From NCBI GenBank assembly GCA_965178125.1, contig OZ237742.1, forward strand, positions 62,001 to 126,000: a stretch of 64,000 nt of DNA. Reading direction: 5' to 3'. The stretch is from Bilabrum cf. latius (taxonomy: Eukaryota). Positions within the stretch are counted from its first letter, which is position 1; each line of letters starts with the position of its first letter. A program made the translations under genes and the position numbers. The notes beneath the pieces were generated by a model. It worked only from the letters and a program-made list of their open reading frames with translations. It made no database searches and was not told where the DNA came from. Positions 26,385 to 38,698 of the stretch are shown here, in pieces.

Positions 26385-26965
26385 GTCTGTGTGTGTTTGT
26401 GTTTGCGTTGGTGTGTGTGAGGATTGGGCCGGCGTGTCACGGAAAGGCCGTGTGACGGGAGGTTGTTCGTTTTCCGTGGCGAGCATGGAAGGTTCCATGT
26501 GGCCCAGCGAACCCGGAGCTCGCAGCGCCGCCGAGGCGCAGGCGGGGGCCAGGAGGCCGGGGAAGGCAGCATTGCGCGTGTGCGCAAGGGTTCATCGGGT
26601 CAGCCACATGCCTCGCCTTGACCTTGCCTTGGCCTGGCTGGTGGTCTCTCGCCGCGTGGCCTGCAGCCAGTCCGTGGCTGAGATGAGGGCCGCAGGCAGC
26701 GAGGGAGGCGGAGCGGCTGTGCATGTGAGGATGCGAGCATGTGTGTTCTGGGAATCTACGGTCCACTGCATGGATCCGTGCAGTGCCACAGTGGACGGCT
26801 GGAGGTCTGGTTGGCGGCTCCGAATGACCATTGTCACGGTAGTCTAGGCAGCCGATTTGTCATTGAATCTCGTCGGTGCGATTGATTTGTGCATGAATGG
26901 CGGTGCATGATCGCACGGATGAGCTGAGGTGCGCTCTGTCAATCTTGCATCGTGGTAGAGGGGTC

Positions 26966-28231
26966 ATGGCGCCGTCATTGCCGAAGCGGTGAGCATTGTG
27001 AAGTCTAATCTATCATCCTTGTGTTGGTCGCCACCTCACCCCGTATCGTTTCATGCTTCTCCCATCCTTGTACAGCGTGAGATTTAGTGTGGGGGTCGAC
27101 ACGAAACTGTAGGTAAGGGCTTCGTCTGTCTCGGCCAAGGCATAGCAAGCTGCCAACGCTGTAGCGGATATTCGAAGCTTGGCGACGCGAAAAGGATTGT
27201 TTGATGATCCTAGCTAGCAGATAGCAAAGCTTTCAGCAGTGACGTAGGCAACTCTGACCCAACAAGAGATTGAGTCCAACAAAATTATAGTTGAAACAGG
27301 CGCAGACACGACAGCTGGCGCGAAAGCCGCCGCTGCGTTATCGCGAGAACACATAGAACCGCCTGTAGCGAATCGAGTGATTTCTTAGTAGCATACTTAG
27401 TTCTGGGTTGCCACTGGAAACGAGCTATCGAGCAGGATAAGTGCTGTGGCTCGAGCATTGCAAGCTGCACTTAAGACCCGTGCAAGTTCTATGCGAGAAC
27501 AGGCAGCTGCCAGGCGAAAATTAGCACAGCCGCGGTGGCAGCCTGCATTTAGAACGGATGACTCGCCTCTATTTGCGCCATCTGTCCACCCAGACAGCAT
27601 GGGGACCCCGAATCGAAGAAGTGCGACAACCGGTCTGGCGGGGATGAGCCGGGCTCGCCGTCGCGGGCGCCCAGTGGTTGGCGACAAACTCACAGCCATG
27701 GGCTCATCCAGCAATAGGACGTCAGAGCTGCGCAGACGTGCAGGGGCGGGGCCAGGTCCGGTGGGGCCAAGGGGCGCGGACTACGACCCGGAGGCTGCCG
27801 GCGGGGGAACTTCTGCAGGTGGGCTGCCGCAGGGAGGCTCTGGGTCTCATGGGCCCGGGGATGGGGGCGATGGGATGGCCGGGGCGGGGGCGGGACGGGC
27901 CAGTGCCCGTGCAGTGGCAATGCAGCAGCGGCAGGCGGCGCTTAGGGACAGGGCGGCAGCAGCACGCGGTCGGTTGTCGGCGGCTGAGCAGATCGAGGGC
28001 ATGGTTGCGCAGATGGGAGGGATGTTCATGCGGGTGTCACAATTAGTCTCGCAGTAGGAGGAGTCTGTGGCTCGCATCGACGAGGAGATCAGTGAGGCGG
28101 GCATGCAGGCCAAGGAGGCGCAGGGTGACCTCGTGCGATTCATGCAGGCAGCCGCAGGGGACCGCTCGACCATCTTGGGGGCCTTGGCGGCGGTGGCACT
28201 CGTGGCATTGTTCTTTGCTTTTGTGCGATGA
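26966..28231 (+). CDS. STX5: Syntaxin-5/Sed5 (Qa-SNARE)
   Basis: Exon 26966..26988, intron 26989..27075. Motifs LATRKGLFDD and SNARE QIEGMVAQMGGMFMRVSQLVSQ*EESVARIDEEI, where * (TAG at 28055) is the zero-layer Q. C-terminal TM helix, ends TGA. Confidence 0.9.
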
Positions 28232-28342
28232 TCGTGCAATGGTTGCATCACATCACACATCACATCTGGTGGGTGCAATGTCCACTCATCACATCATGGT
28301 GCTTCCCATGTGCAGGCTGGTTCTCATTCGATTCTGCTTCAA

Positions 28343-31028
28343 ATGTGGAAGTGTACCCGCTGTGCTTGCCCGTACAATTTTCCTGAGTCAAAGGAGTGCA
28401 AGCTGTGTGGCAACGCGCGTGCTTCTGCAAGGCAGTCGACTGAGGGAGTATCGCCGCGGGACAGGGTTGCTGCAGCTGGTATCGCACAGAGGTTTGTCGC
28501 GAAGACAGTAGGGTATTTCCCGACAAGTAGATCAAGCAGTAGAAGTCGTCCCGTCGAAATGAGCATTCAAACCAGCTCACGTAGTGCAGGCCGCCCAGCA
28601 AACATAGCAAAATTCGAATGTAGCGATAGCATTACAGACTTGTGCGCACCACAGGCACGCTCCAAATAGCGCAATGCAACTAAAGTATAGCATAGCAATT
28701 CTGTTTCACTTCCATCAAGCACTAGAACTGGACGCGGGCCATCATGCGAAGTCTGCCGCAGAGCGACAGATTTGAATGCGATCAAAGAGGCCGATGGTGA
28801 CGTCTGCTGCTGCGAATGTGGCAGAGCTTGGTGTTCAACCTGCTATGAATGGACTAGCCGAAGGTAGCGTGCTGAAGCTGTTGTTGAAAGCACTGTGGGA
28901 AGCTGGACTTGCTGTACTTGCACGTCCGAGCGCGGACTTCGGCAATCTAGAATGAACAGAGAAAATGGGTTGAATTCTAGAAAAAGTGAACCGAGTCAAG
29001 CCTCAAATTTGCGAGATACCACCAGAGCGAGGTAGCGAATTCTTAGTGATAGTGACAGTGATAGTGACGGTGACAGTGTTGGCGACGCAGAGTCCAGCAC
29101 GGTGTCAAAGGGTGACATGGACCAGCGGCCCACAAGTAAGTGTGAATGCACTAGCGATGCAGTGCAGTTGCGATCTCGCGCGAAAGACAGACAAGAGAAT
29201 CCCCGACGTCAAGGACCCCCGCCACTGCCAGGCCTTGCCCATGACAGCGCGCCGGGGGACGCCTCTGGCAACACCAATGGACCAAGTCGCAGCGTTACTT
29301 CAATTGGTTTGGAGAGATAGTTCGGTGGTGAAGGCACACCGTCACGCGCTCAGCTGCCATCTGGCGAGGGGCAGGTGAAGTCGAGCAGTCGGAGGGCCAT
29401 CCTGTCCCAGTCGTCATGCTCGCCCTCGTCCTCGCCCTGCTCCTCGGAGGATGAGGACGAGCATGAGCAAGACAATGAACAGGAACCAAATGAGGACAGA
29501 TCTAGTGGCGCGAGCGCCAGGCCCACCGAAGCCGAAGCAGACTCGAGGCACCAGGACCCCTCCGCGTCTAGTTCGAGTGACTCTGAGATTGAGATACTGA
29601 GCAGCGACAGCGATGCGCCCCACTGGCAGGCTGTTGATAAGGGATTACATCAGGAGGACCCGAGGGGCGCTTTGGCGACCGATAGCGATCTTTTCGATGA
29701 CGAAGACGAGTCGAGCGATGGTGCGACGGGCCGTCATCAAGGACTCGCGGCCTCTCGTGGCACGGGGCCCATATCAGTGGCAGAGTCTCAGCATCACAGC
29801 GGACCATTGTCACGCGAGGCGGGGCACGGCCTCTCGAGCGATGGCTTTCCCGACCCTCGCTTGCCTCATTTTGCCCCCGTGCATGTCCTCCGGGCCAGCG
29901 CGCTGCTGCCAGGCCAGCCGCGCCCTCACATTGACTACGCATCCCAATTCAAAGGAGGCGCCACCAGTAGCAAGTCCTCACGGCGGCACTCCATGCTGGG
30001 CGCTTCCCTGGCGGCAGGGAGCGGAAGTGGCAGTCGCAAGTTCTCGAGCACAACCCTTGATGCAGTGAGTTTTGTCTACCTTTGCCTTCGAGCCACGTGC
30101 TGGCTGCAAGGTATGCGTCTAGATGCCAGCCGTGTACCCCTGCACCTCCCACCGATCCACCAGCATGCATTTCCTGCCTATTTTCTCTCTCCATCTCGTC
30201 CTGTGGACATCGCAGATGTCTCGAGATCGCGCACGGGCGCGGGCCAAGGCATTTGCAACCATTCTGCCGCACGGTGCAAGGAAAAAGACAAAGAAAAGGG
30301 GAAGGGGTGCATCTTCTGGGGCCAGTGGCCGAGCCAGGATCAGGAACAGAAGCAATGGCAAGGGTAAAGTGAGCTCTGGCCGCAAGAAGCAGCCGGCAAG
30401 CAAGCGAGGCAAGCGCACTGGCAGGCAGGACCAGAGCAACCAGCGAGCGGGCTCCAAACGAAGCAGGGGCCAGCCGACTGCAGCCAGTGACGTTGCTGGC
30501 AGGGACAGTTTCCCCTCCGCAGGCTCAATTGGCATTCGTCCAAGTGAGCTCTCGTGGGCCAAGATACAATGCACCAGTGCTTGCTTGTGCTTCAAGTTGC
30601 GAATGCATCGCCCCACGTGAAACCTGCGCATTCGATCCCTCCCTCCCTCCCTCCCTCATCGTCCGTCTGATCTCGACTTGGGTCTCCGTCATTACTCACT
30701 ATCCCGTCCCTGTCTGCTGCTCGCAGTGAGCCTGCAGCACCCGCAGGCAGGCGGCCTCCCTGCTCCCACCCAGTCTGCTTTCGCGTTCGGACACAGCAAC
30801 ATGCAGCGTGCCGTCAATGAGGCTCCTGCCAAAGCAGCAGCTAGCCGGAGAGTCCCCACACTACTGAGCCCAGCCACAGTGCGTTCCATTCGAGGCCGAT
30901 CCGGGGGATACGCGTCGTCTAGTGGTGGTGGTGGTGGGGGAGACTACGGCCTGCCGCCGGACCTGGGGAGTGTCAGGCACGAGGGCATCGGCTCTGTGAC
31001 GTACACTGATGCGGGGAGGGGACTGTAA
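28343..31028 (+). CDS. RanBP2-type Zn-finger plus PHD/ADD-like Cys-rich protein with acidic and basic disordered regions
   Basis: MWKCTRCACPYNFPESKECKLCG and CEVC..CCCECGRAWCSTC..WTCCTC. Inferred introns 30065..30215 and 30544..30726, ends TAA. Confidence 0.6.
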
Positions 31029-31185
31029 GTGTTCGGCGCATACTCAGTGGGTTGTGTGAACCTGTTGCCTCAGGCTGGTGAAGGAAGCGAGGACTGATTC
31101 TGGGATACTCTCGAAGATGAAGATCCTCTTCAGCTGTTGCCGTTGAGCTCTCGCGATCCTTTCCGATACACTTGTGCGGGCCTCT

Positions 31186-34100
31186 ATGCCCCACCGAAAG
31201 CGCGATGATGGATCAGGCGTAGTAAATCCATTTCAAGAAAGCGTGGCCGGAGAGACGGTTAGCAACGATGAGTTGAACGGCAAGCCAGCTGAAGGGTTTG
31301 AGGCTGTAGGGCTGGCCCCAGCTGCGCGGGACCGACAAAGCCAAATCGTTTTGATTTCGGTAAGATGGCGCAGTAGATGTGATTAATCCATAGCATTCTG
31401 TAGAATGTCGAGTTACTGTCATCGCTCAACTTCCAAATAGTAACCCCAAGCTTGCACGCAGAACGATGGATTACCTGGAGCCAAAGCAAACCAGTCTGTG
31501 ATGGGAGGGAATCGGAGGCCTATTGCTGCTTTATCAAGTGCAGATGCTCTTCCAACATTTACTGTCGGGGGTTCGGGCGTACTGGACGGTTCCGGGCTGC
31601 GGGATGCCGCAAGCATGGATTCCACCAACGGCAACGGCCCTTCCGGCGCTGCTCGGCCTGCATCGAATCGCGGGGGGTCAACAGGGTCCTCCCCGGGACG
31701 CATGGCTCGACAAGGGTCTCGCCGTGTGGCTCGGGACGCAATGCGTCTTGCGGAGGACGACTCGGCCGCAGCCGCGCAGGACTACTTTGCCGGTCAGGAC
31801 GCAGACTTGGCTGCCAGTGAGTAGGCGCAGCGCGCGGCTCTGCGAGCCATGCGCGGGGACCAGGACTAGGGTATTGTGGGTGTTAGTAGCAGCAGTGGCA
31901 CGAAGGAAGCACCTGGGGGCAAGCCTGAGAGGCGCTCTTTGTTCGTGAGCACGAGCACGCGGGGGGAGCCTGCCGGTGCACGACGAGGGGTGGAGGAGGC
32001 CCGCCGTGGGATGGTGACCCATGAGATGGGGCAGGGGCTCCAAGCCAACTCGCAGCAAACCCCTGTGGCACCAATGTCGTACGCCCCTCAGCTGATGGCC
32101 ACACCTACTGCCTCCCGCGCGACGAGCACTGGCGGCGCGCCACCAACGCCCCCCCGCTCCGAGTCTCGGCCTGCAGGCGGAGGTGCCGGGAGCAGTGCCA
32201 GCGATGCGCAGGTGCAGGATCCTCTGGTGCATGTGAGTGCCGAGCACGCCAAGCGGGCCCACGGCGATGCGCTCGACGGACTCTACGGAAAGCAGGGGGG
32301 TGAAACTGGTTCTGGGGACGAGGAAGAGGACCCTCGGTAGGCAGCAGAGGCCCAAATGAGGGCGGAGAGGCGGGCCCGGGAGGAAGCTAGGAGGGCGCGG
32401 GTGGCGCATGCCGTGGCCAGGTGGGATGCGAGATCGGTGCAGGAAGGGACTGGCCCGCGGGCGCAGCACGAGGCCAAGCTGAGGGACGAGAGGGCCGTGC
32501 AGCAGGCTGTGCGCATGGGCATGTCGGTGCGGTAGGCGAGGCGCAGGCAACACGAGGCGAGGGTGCGCGCGGAGAGGCAAGTGCGGGTCGCTTTGGGGCC
32601 TCACCGGCAGCAGGTGCGAGCTCTCTCCAAGCCCATGCGCACGACGGAGCCGCTGGGGTTGAAGCAGGGGCGGTCCCAACTGGGCGGAGACGAGGAGGAG
32701 CTGGACAACGGCATGGATCCCGCCGTGGTTGGGGTGCTCGATGCAGCGGGCAGGCGCGTGGCTAGGTCCATGCTGCGCCGGGAGCAGGCCATGCAGGCCT
32801 CGCGGCTGACCCTGCACACCTTCTCGTCTTCTCGACGAGCAGGTCCTGCGTCCGCCTCCGCGCCCACCCTGCCATCGATCGGGGGGAAGGGACGAGGCAG
32901 CAGCGGCGGGCGGGCCATGGTCATGGGCATGGCTCCTGCAGAGCGCCAGGCCGCCGAGGAGGTGGCCGCTGCGACCTACAGCTCCTCTCGCGCTGGCATG
33001 GCCGCGGATGGGCGGGGCCGGCGGGGGTCCGATCTCGATGGTGCACAGCAGGAGCTGCTAGGTGGGACGTTGGACGGCTCAGGCCCGTCCATCGAGCTTG
33101 CCGCGGGGATGAGAGCCAGAGCAGTGCGAGCGGCGGTGCGTGGGGACCGCGGGGCGCTGCGGTCGCTGCCCGGTGGTGCAGCCCTGGAGCGTGAGCTGGA
33201 CGCGGGCGGGCTGCTGCCGGCGGGTGACGAGAGCAGCAGCAGCGACATCGGCGGGTCGCGCGCAGCGAGGGTCGGGGCAGGGAAGCGCCACTGGGTGTCT
33301 GCCTCGATGCCGACTGGCCTCACGTTCGACCAGCAGATGGCCAGAGGGGCGGGCAAGGCCGCCAGCACTGCAAGGGCAGCTGCAGGCCCGCCCCCTCTGC
33401 CCAGGGGGAAGCCCAAGGGCACTCTTCCTGCGGGCCCTCGGCTGGCCACTTCCCGCAGGTTAGGGGACAGGGCCTATGCGGCTCAGTACGAGGCACGCAT
33501 GGGCCGCGGGGAGGACGCAGATGGGGCGCTCTTCGACTACCCAGCGGATGTGGCACGGCGGGTCCCTGTCAGTAGTCGGCTGATGCCGTATGCGAATCTA
33601 CGGAAGAAGCACCTCGTTAAGGGTCTGCGGAGCGACGGGGGGAGCGGAACAGGCGCCGCGCAGTTCGAGGAGGCGGGCAGCCCGGGGGGCCGAGACAGCC
33701 CCACTGCGGGCGTGGGTCCTGCGGTTGCGCGCCGTGGGCCGCTGCCACTCGACGGGAGGGACCGCGCACGGGTGTAGCGATGGGCTGAGGCCACAGCTTT
33801 AAGATCGGTGCGGCAGGGGCCAGAGGAAGACGTGCACGGGCAGGGGCAAGCAGTGGGCAGGGGCGAGAGCAAAGAGGGGCCCGGGGCCATGACGGGGCCG
33901 AGGCGGGGCTCCGCTGCTGGCAAGCCGCGCGCGGCTCCTGTTGTTCTCCGGCGACCCGACCCCCTGACCCCAGAGCGGAGGCAGCGGCAGGCGGCGGCCC
34001 GTCTGCTGGCCAGCCCCATGCGTCCGATGGACCCGAGGGACGCGCGGGGCGAGCTGCGTCTGTCCAAGTCGGCCGTGGTGGTGGGGCCGAGGTCCACGGG

Positions 34101-34308
34101 GAGGGGGGCGCTGGCACCCAGGATAGGGGCGGGGGCGAGCTCGCGCGGGGAGCCACGCAGAGGCAGAGGCAGGCGGGCGGCGGACGCGAGGGGGAAGCCA
34201 CCTCAGCGGGGGCTGGTGCCGACGCTGTCGATCGACAGCCTGTCCCAGGGGTCCGACTTCATGGTGGGGCCTTCGCTTGGAGGCACGTACTCGCGGCTGC
34301 GGAGCTGA
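31186..34308 (+). CDS. Hypothetical Ala/Gly/Arg-rich protein with a coiled-coil segment (~1000 aa)
   Basis: Track ORFs at 31498, 31876, 32563 and 33808 share one frame and are separated only by TAG. Inferred intron 31360..31461, ends TGA. Start uncertain. Confidence 0.6.
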
Positions 34309-34489
34309 GGATTATGTTGTATGTACATATCAAGTTTCTGTGTCTCTACATTGCGAGTGTGGAGATGTCTGTTCCGAGAGGGGTTCATGCAAGGCGCCGC
34401 GCAGACTTCCTTGTTCCGCAAGGATTGGATCGTCGAGTGTTCACCGCCGGTCACGGAAACTCGATCATTTCTTTCAAAACCCAGGTGCC

Positions 34490-35731
34490 ATGGCAGCCGT
34501 CGCAGACGACTACAGTGATGATGAATATGTAGAGCAGACTTTGTCCAGCCCGGAAGTTGTGACCAAGTACCGCGCAGCCAGCGACATTGTCCAGAACGCT
34601 CTCAAGGGGCTTCTCACCAAGATTGAGGCCGGTGCGAAAGTGTTCACCCTGTGCCAGCTGGGAGACACCCTGATTGATACACAGTGCGCTCAGACATACA
34701 AGAGCAAGAAAGTCGACAAGGGCGTGGCTTTCCCGACGTGCATCTCTGTGAACGAGGTGGTCTGCCACTTCTCCCCTTTCAGCGATAGCGATGCCGAAAT
34801 CAAGGCCGGCGATGTGGTTAAGGTTGACATGGGCGCGCACATTGATGGTTTCATTGCAGTTACCGCGCACACGGTGGTGGTGCCGGCATCTGGGGATGCA
34901 GCGGCGGCAGGCGGCGAGGGCTCTGCGCCTGCCGAAGTGGACGCGGAGGGCAAGGCCACTGGCCGCCTGGCTGACGTGCTGATGGCTGCCTCGCAGGCTG
35001 CTCAGATTGCGCAGCGCCTGATCAAGCCGGGCAACACAAACACGCAGGTCACGGAGGCGATCACGAAGGTGGCTGAGGCGTACGGCGTGACCGCGGTGCA
35101 GGGTGTGCTCATGCACCAGCTCAAGCAGTTCGTCATCGACGGGAACAAGGTCATCCTGTAGAGGCCCGACGCGGACAACAAGGTGGACGAGTGCACCTTC
35201 GAGGAGCACGAGGTGTACACGGTGGACGTGTGCATGAGCACAGGGGACGGCAAGCCCACCGAGGGGCACGAGCGGTGCACGGTCTTCAAGCGGGATGCAG
35301 CGGCCAAGTACAGGCTCACCATGAAGGCCTCCCGCTGGCTGCTCAACCAGGCACAGAGCAAGTTCGAGAGCATGCCCTTCGCCCTGCGCCAGCTCGGGGA
35401 CGAGAAGCAGGCCAAGCTCGGCTCCCGGGAGTGCATCGAGCACAAGCTGCTCGACTCGTACCCGGTGCTCACCGAGAAGCCCGGTGACGTGGTGGTGCAC
35501 TTCAAGTTCACGCTGCTGCTCACCAAGGGGGGCACCCTCAGGGTCACTGGGCAGCTGCCGGACCCCGCGTCCATGGTCAGCGATAAGGCCGACAAGCTGC
35601 CCGAGGACCTCAAGGCGCTCCTCGCCGAGCCAGAGTACCAGCCCAAGCCCAGGGCAAGGGGTAAGCGCAGCCGCAGGGGCGGAAAGAAGAAGGCCGAGGG
35701 TGCATCCGCTGGGGGCGCCGGCGGATCGTGA
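34490..35731 (+). CDS. PA2G4: Proliferation-associated protein 2G4 / EBP1 (M24 fold)
   Basis: VVTKYRAASDI, KGVAFPTCISVNEVVCHFSP, DMGAHIDGFIAVTAHT, HQLKQFVIDGNKVIL*RP. The single TAG at 35159 aligns with the Q in human KTIIQNP. Ends TGA. Confidence 0.95.
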
Positions 35732-35823
35732 GCCTGTGATGGGGATAGGTACACGGGGCGCACGAAGCGGATCGACAGGTCGCGTCACGGTGCGTGCTGA
35801 TGACTAAAACCGGAATTCGAGCA

Positions 35824-37456
35824 ATGGCGCAAATTTCACACTGGACACGGTATCCAGCTTGCTACATGTAGCGGCTCCCAGGTAAAATCAGTAGATTGTC
35901 ATTCAGTGGGTGCGGCTGGTTGGTCGGGTATCACCTGGGTAAGGGGCAGCGGCCAAGATTCGCTGCGGGCATCCAGGTTGTTTCAGAATTATCATTTGTC
36001 CGCACTTCATACTATATGGACAGACTAGGCCATGGCAACAAATTATCTTGTGAAAACTGCAGGTGCTTTCAATGAGCTTCTTCGCCAGGGAGCTTTGCAT
36101 ACAAACGTCGTTCTTGGAGGTACGTCCGGGGGCTCCATTTGCGCCTTTGCGCTAGCTATCGGCATTTCACCTCGAGACATGCTAGAGCAAACAAAGGAGA
36201 TGTCAGCAGTCGAGGCGAACAATACTTTCGGTCCGTGGTGGCGCGTAAACTCGTATGTTCGTAAGCGCTTGCTGTACTTGGCAGATAGCGTGTCTCCCCA
36301 GGCATTCGAGCGGGCATCTGGCCGGGCGTTCCTCTGCGTCGCAGAAACGCCTCTGTCATGCGGCGACGGGCATACGAAGCCAGAACGGTTGAGCTAGGGC
36401 CGCAGCGGCTAGTAGTCTTGGATGCCGGTCCGGAAGCGTCTAGTTTCGTCATTCCGCAGCAACGAGCACCTCGTCGATTGCGTCATTGCCTCTTCGCACA
36501 TCCCGCTGTACAGCGCTCCTCCCACCGAATTGCTGTACTGCCTGGATGGGCGCCTAGCTTTGGATGGGGGTGTCGTGGATCAGTGCCCAGACGTCCCAAG
36601 TCCAATGGACAGCCAGGGCAAGCGCGATGGTGAGGCAGTATTCGGCACTGAGGGCGCGCCCATGGCACCACTGGCGCGCGACCGGTCCGTGGCGGTGGGT
36701 GGAGTGCCCATGCCGGACCCCAGCTCGCCCGCTTGGGCGAATTTGCCCCGGGGAACACGGTCCACGGAGGAATCGGCTCGGTCGGGCATGCTGGGGCACC
36801 CCCTCGCGGAGGCAGTGGACCTGGCCCAGGCAAGGCTGGCGAGGGCGGCGGCGGTGGCGGCGCAGGGGGGCTTGCCGGTCCCTCTGGCGCTCGAGCACGG
36901 GGCTGCGGGGACACAACAGGCCGTAGAGGGAGTCAGTGCAAATGCAGACCCAGGGGCCGTGGCGCGGCAGGAAGGGACGGGCCGAGGAGGGGGCGGGGGC
37001 ACAGAGACGGAGACGGTCTGCCTCAACTCGTGGGGCTACACGGTGCCGCCGCACCCGCACCCCACAGAACCCCTGCCCCTTAAAGGGGACACGTCAGGCT
37101 CGGCACTTCCCCCCCGCCCTCACTCCAGGTACCTCTTCGAGGACCGCACCTACAAGGTGTCACCCATCGCAGACTCGTGGTTCTTCGGGACGCATGACGT
37201 CAGGCCGGAGCTGCCGCCCAGCAGGGCCGCACGGCTGGCCATGTGGACGTAGATGCTGGATCGTGCACTGCACCCGAGGGCGGACCCAGCAGCGATCGAG
37301 GCGCAGTTCCAGGCCGGCGCGTGGGATGCAGGGGAGTTCCTGCTCCGGTCTGAATCCAAGGAGCAGCTTGACGGCGACAGGGGCCCAATTGGGACAGAGG
37401 GTAGTGCTGCCAGCGATACTAGCAGTGTGAAGAAAACGTCGCAAAGCAGGAGTTAA
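35824..37456 (+). CDS. Patatin-like phospholipase (PNPLA/ATGL-like)
   Basis: LSFSGCGWLVGYHLG across intron 35939..36062, GTSGG nucleophile motif, ASSHIP, DGG. Ends TAA. Confidence 0.85.
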
Positions 37457-37521
37457 CCGGAACACATATATATCAGATCACAGCCAGAACGCATCGCTCC
37501 ATCCATTCGAAATGAGTCCCC

Positions 37522-38415
37522 TCAATCCGCCTTGTTGGGGCCCGACCCTCCCTCCACTGCCTTGGCTCGAGCCTCGATGGCCGCCAGCCGCCTCCTCCTC
37601 CTCTCGGCCATCACAGCAGCGTCCTATCCGGCCCCCCCCGCTGCACCTCCCGCAGCACCTGCAGACGCAGACCCCGCACCCTCCTTGCTGCTGGCAGAGG
37701 ACCCGCCGCCGCCAAACACGCTGCCAAGCATGCCACCGAGCATGCCACCATCAGCTACTGGTCTGCCGCTCGCGCCAGCGCCTCCCCCTGCCCCTCCTGC
37801 TCGCACCGGCTTGCCCGCGAAGGGGGATGGCCGGCCGCCGGGTGCACCCGATGAAGACCCGCGGCCCGAGCGGGGAACCATCGCTACGCCGCTGCTCGAT
37901 GATGTGGCGTGGAAGCGACTCCCGCCACTACCCCCGCTTGATCCGCCTCCACCTCCACCAACTGGAGCCTGCCCCATAGCATCATCGTCGGGCATCAGGC
38001 ATGAGAACATCTGGCCCAACGTGGCCATGCGATTGACCCATCCCGGCAAACTCCGGTTCAACAGTTTGCTCGCCAAAGCCTCTGCAAAATGATTGCAATT
38101 TTTCTTGTACAAGTTGTAAGTGCCATCTTGGAACGCATCACGCAGCGCGTCAATCACCCGGTCAACGTCGCTCGGGCCAAGTCTCGTGGAGCCAAGCACG
38201 ACTGTCTCCCGGAATGGTGCGTTAGGTACTTCCTTGGGTGCTGTGCTAAAAATGCCCCCGCCCGAGCCGAACGTCCACTCTTTCCCGTACACGACTAAGC
38301 CAGAGTGATAAAAGCCCAGCCCAAGCCCGTACAGGTACTCGTTCGATGGTGTTAGATCATACACATTCAACACAATGGGCTCCTAATGTCTCCTAGGGCC
38401 GAAACTCTCTCCCAT
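37522..38415 (-). CDS. DESI2: PPPDE/DeSI family deubiquitinase/desumoylase
   Basis: VLNVYDL, GFYHSGLVVYGKEWTFG, YNLYKKNCNHFA, PGWVNRMA. ATG at 38415, TGA at 37522, 2 TAG. Confidence 0.9.
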
Positions 38416-38698
38416 ACCAATCCTGAATCTGTACAGTCTGTGTGTAGGATGCGACGTCGCCAGAAATTTTTCCGGTTAGCCGGCGGATGATGGTGGGTGC
38501 GGCTTGCTTGTTGCTTGACAGACACCACCACAACGTAATGGCAGCCAATTAAATGCAAATGTTGCAGAGTCTCAATATCCCATTGGCATAGACTATATCT
38601 TGGCGGTAAACTCATAATTCATCCTGCTAGTGTCAACCAGTCAGCAACTCTGTGGTGGTGCTCAGTGAGGCGCCTCGAGCTGTGCTAGGAGCCCGCAA

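Larger units (their letters stand above)
21700..26929. repeat. Tandem array of 1067-bp units (4 complete plus 1 diverged/truncated), each with one H1-like gene
   Basis: Units start at 21700, 22767, 23834, 24901 and 25968 (ctgattggagatgtcgcgtg). They are nearly identical, with a few SNPs. The last unit diverges after ~26737. Confidence 0.97.

Noticed and set aside
21700-26929. Array as a transposon or LTR element, and its other ORFs (169, 201, 226 aa, and the 88-aa N-extended version)
   Set aside because: No transposase/RT, TIRs or TSDs. The overlapping ORFs vary non-synonymously between copies or have no recognisable features. The 38-codon extension is a CA-rich leader, more likely 5' UTR/promoter.
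28040-28070. TAG as pyrrolysine, Leu, or programmed read-through
   Set aside because: The diagnostic columns are Gln, TAG is widespread including tandem TAG-TAG, and there is no shared downstream context or pyl gene.
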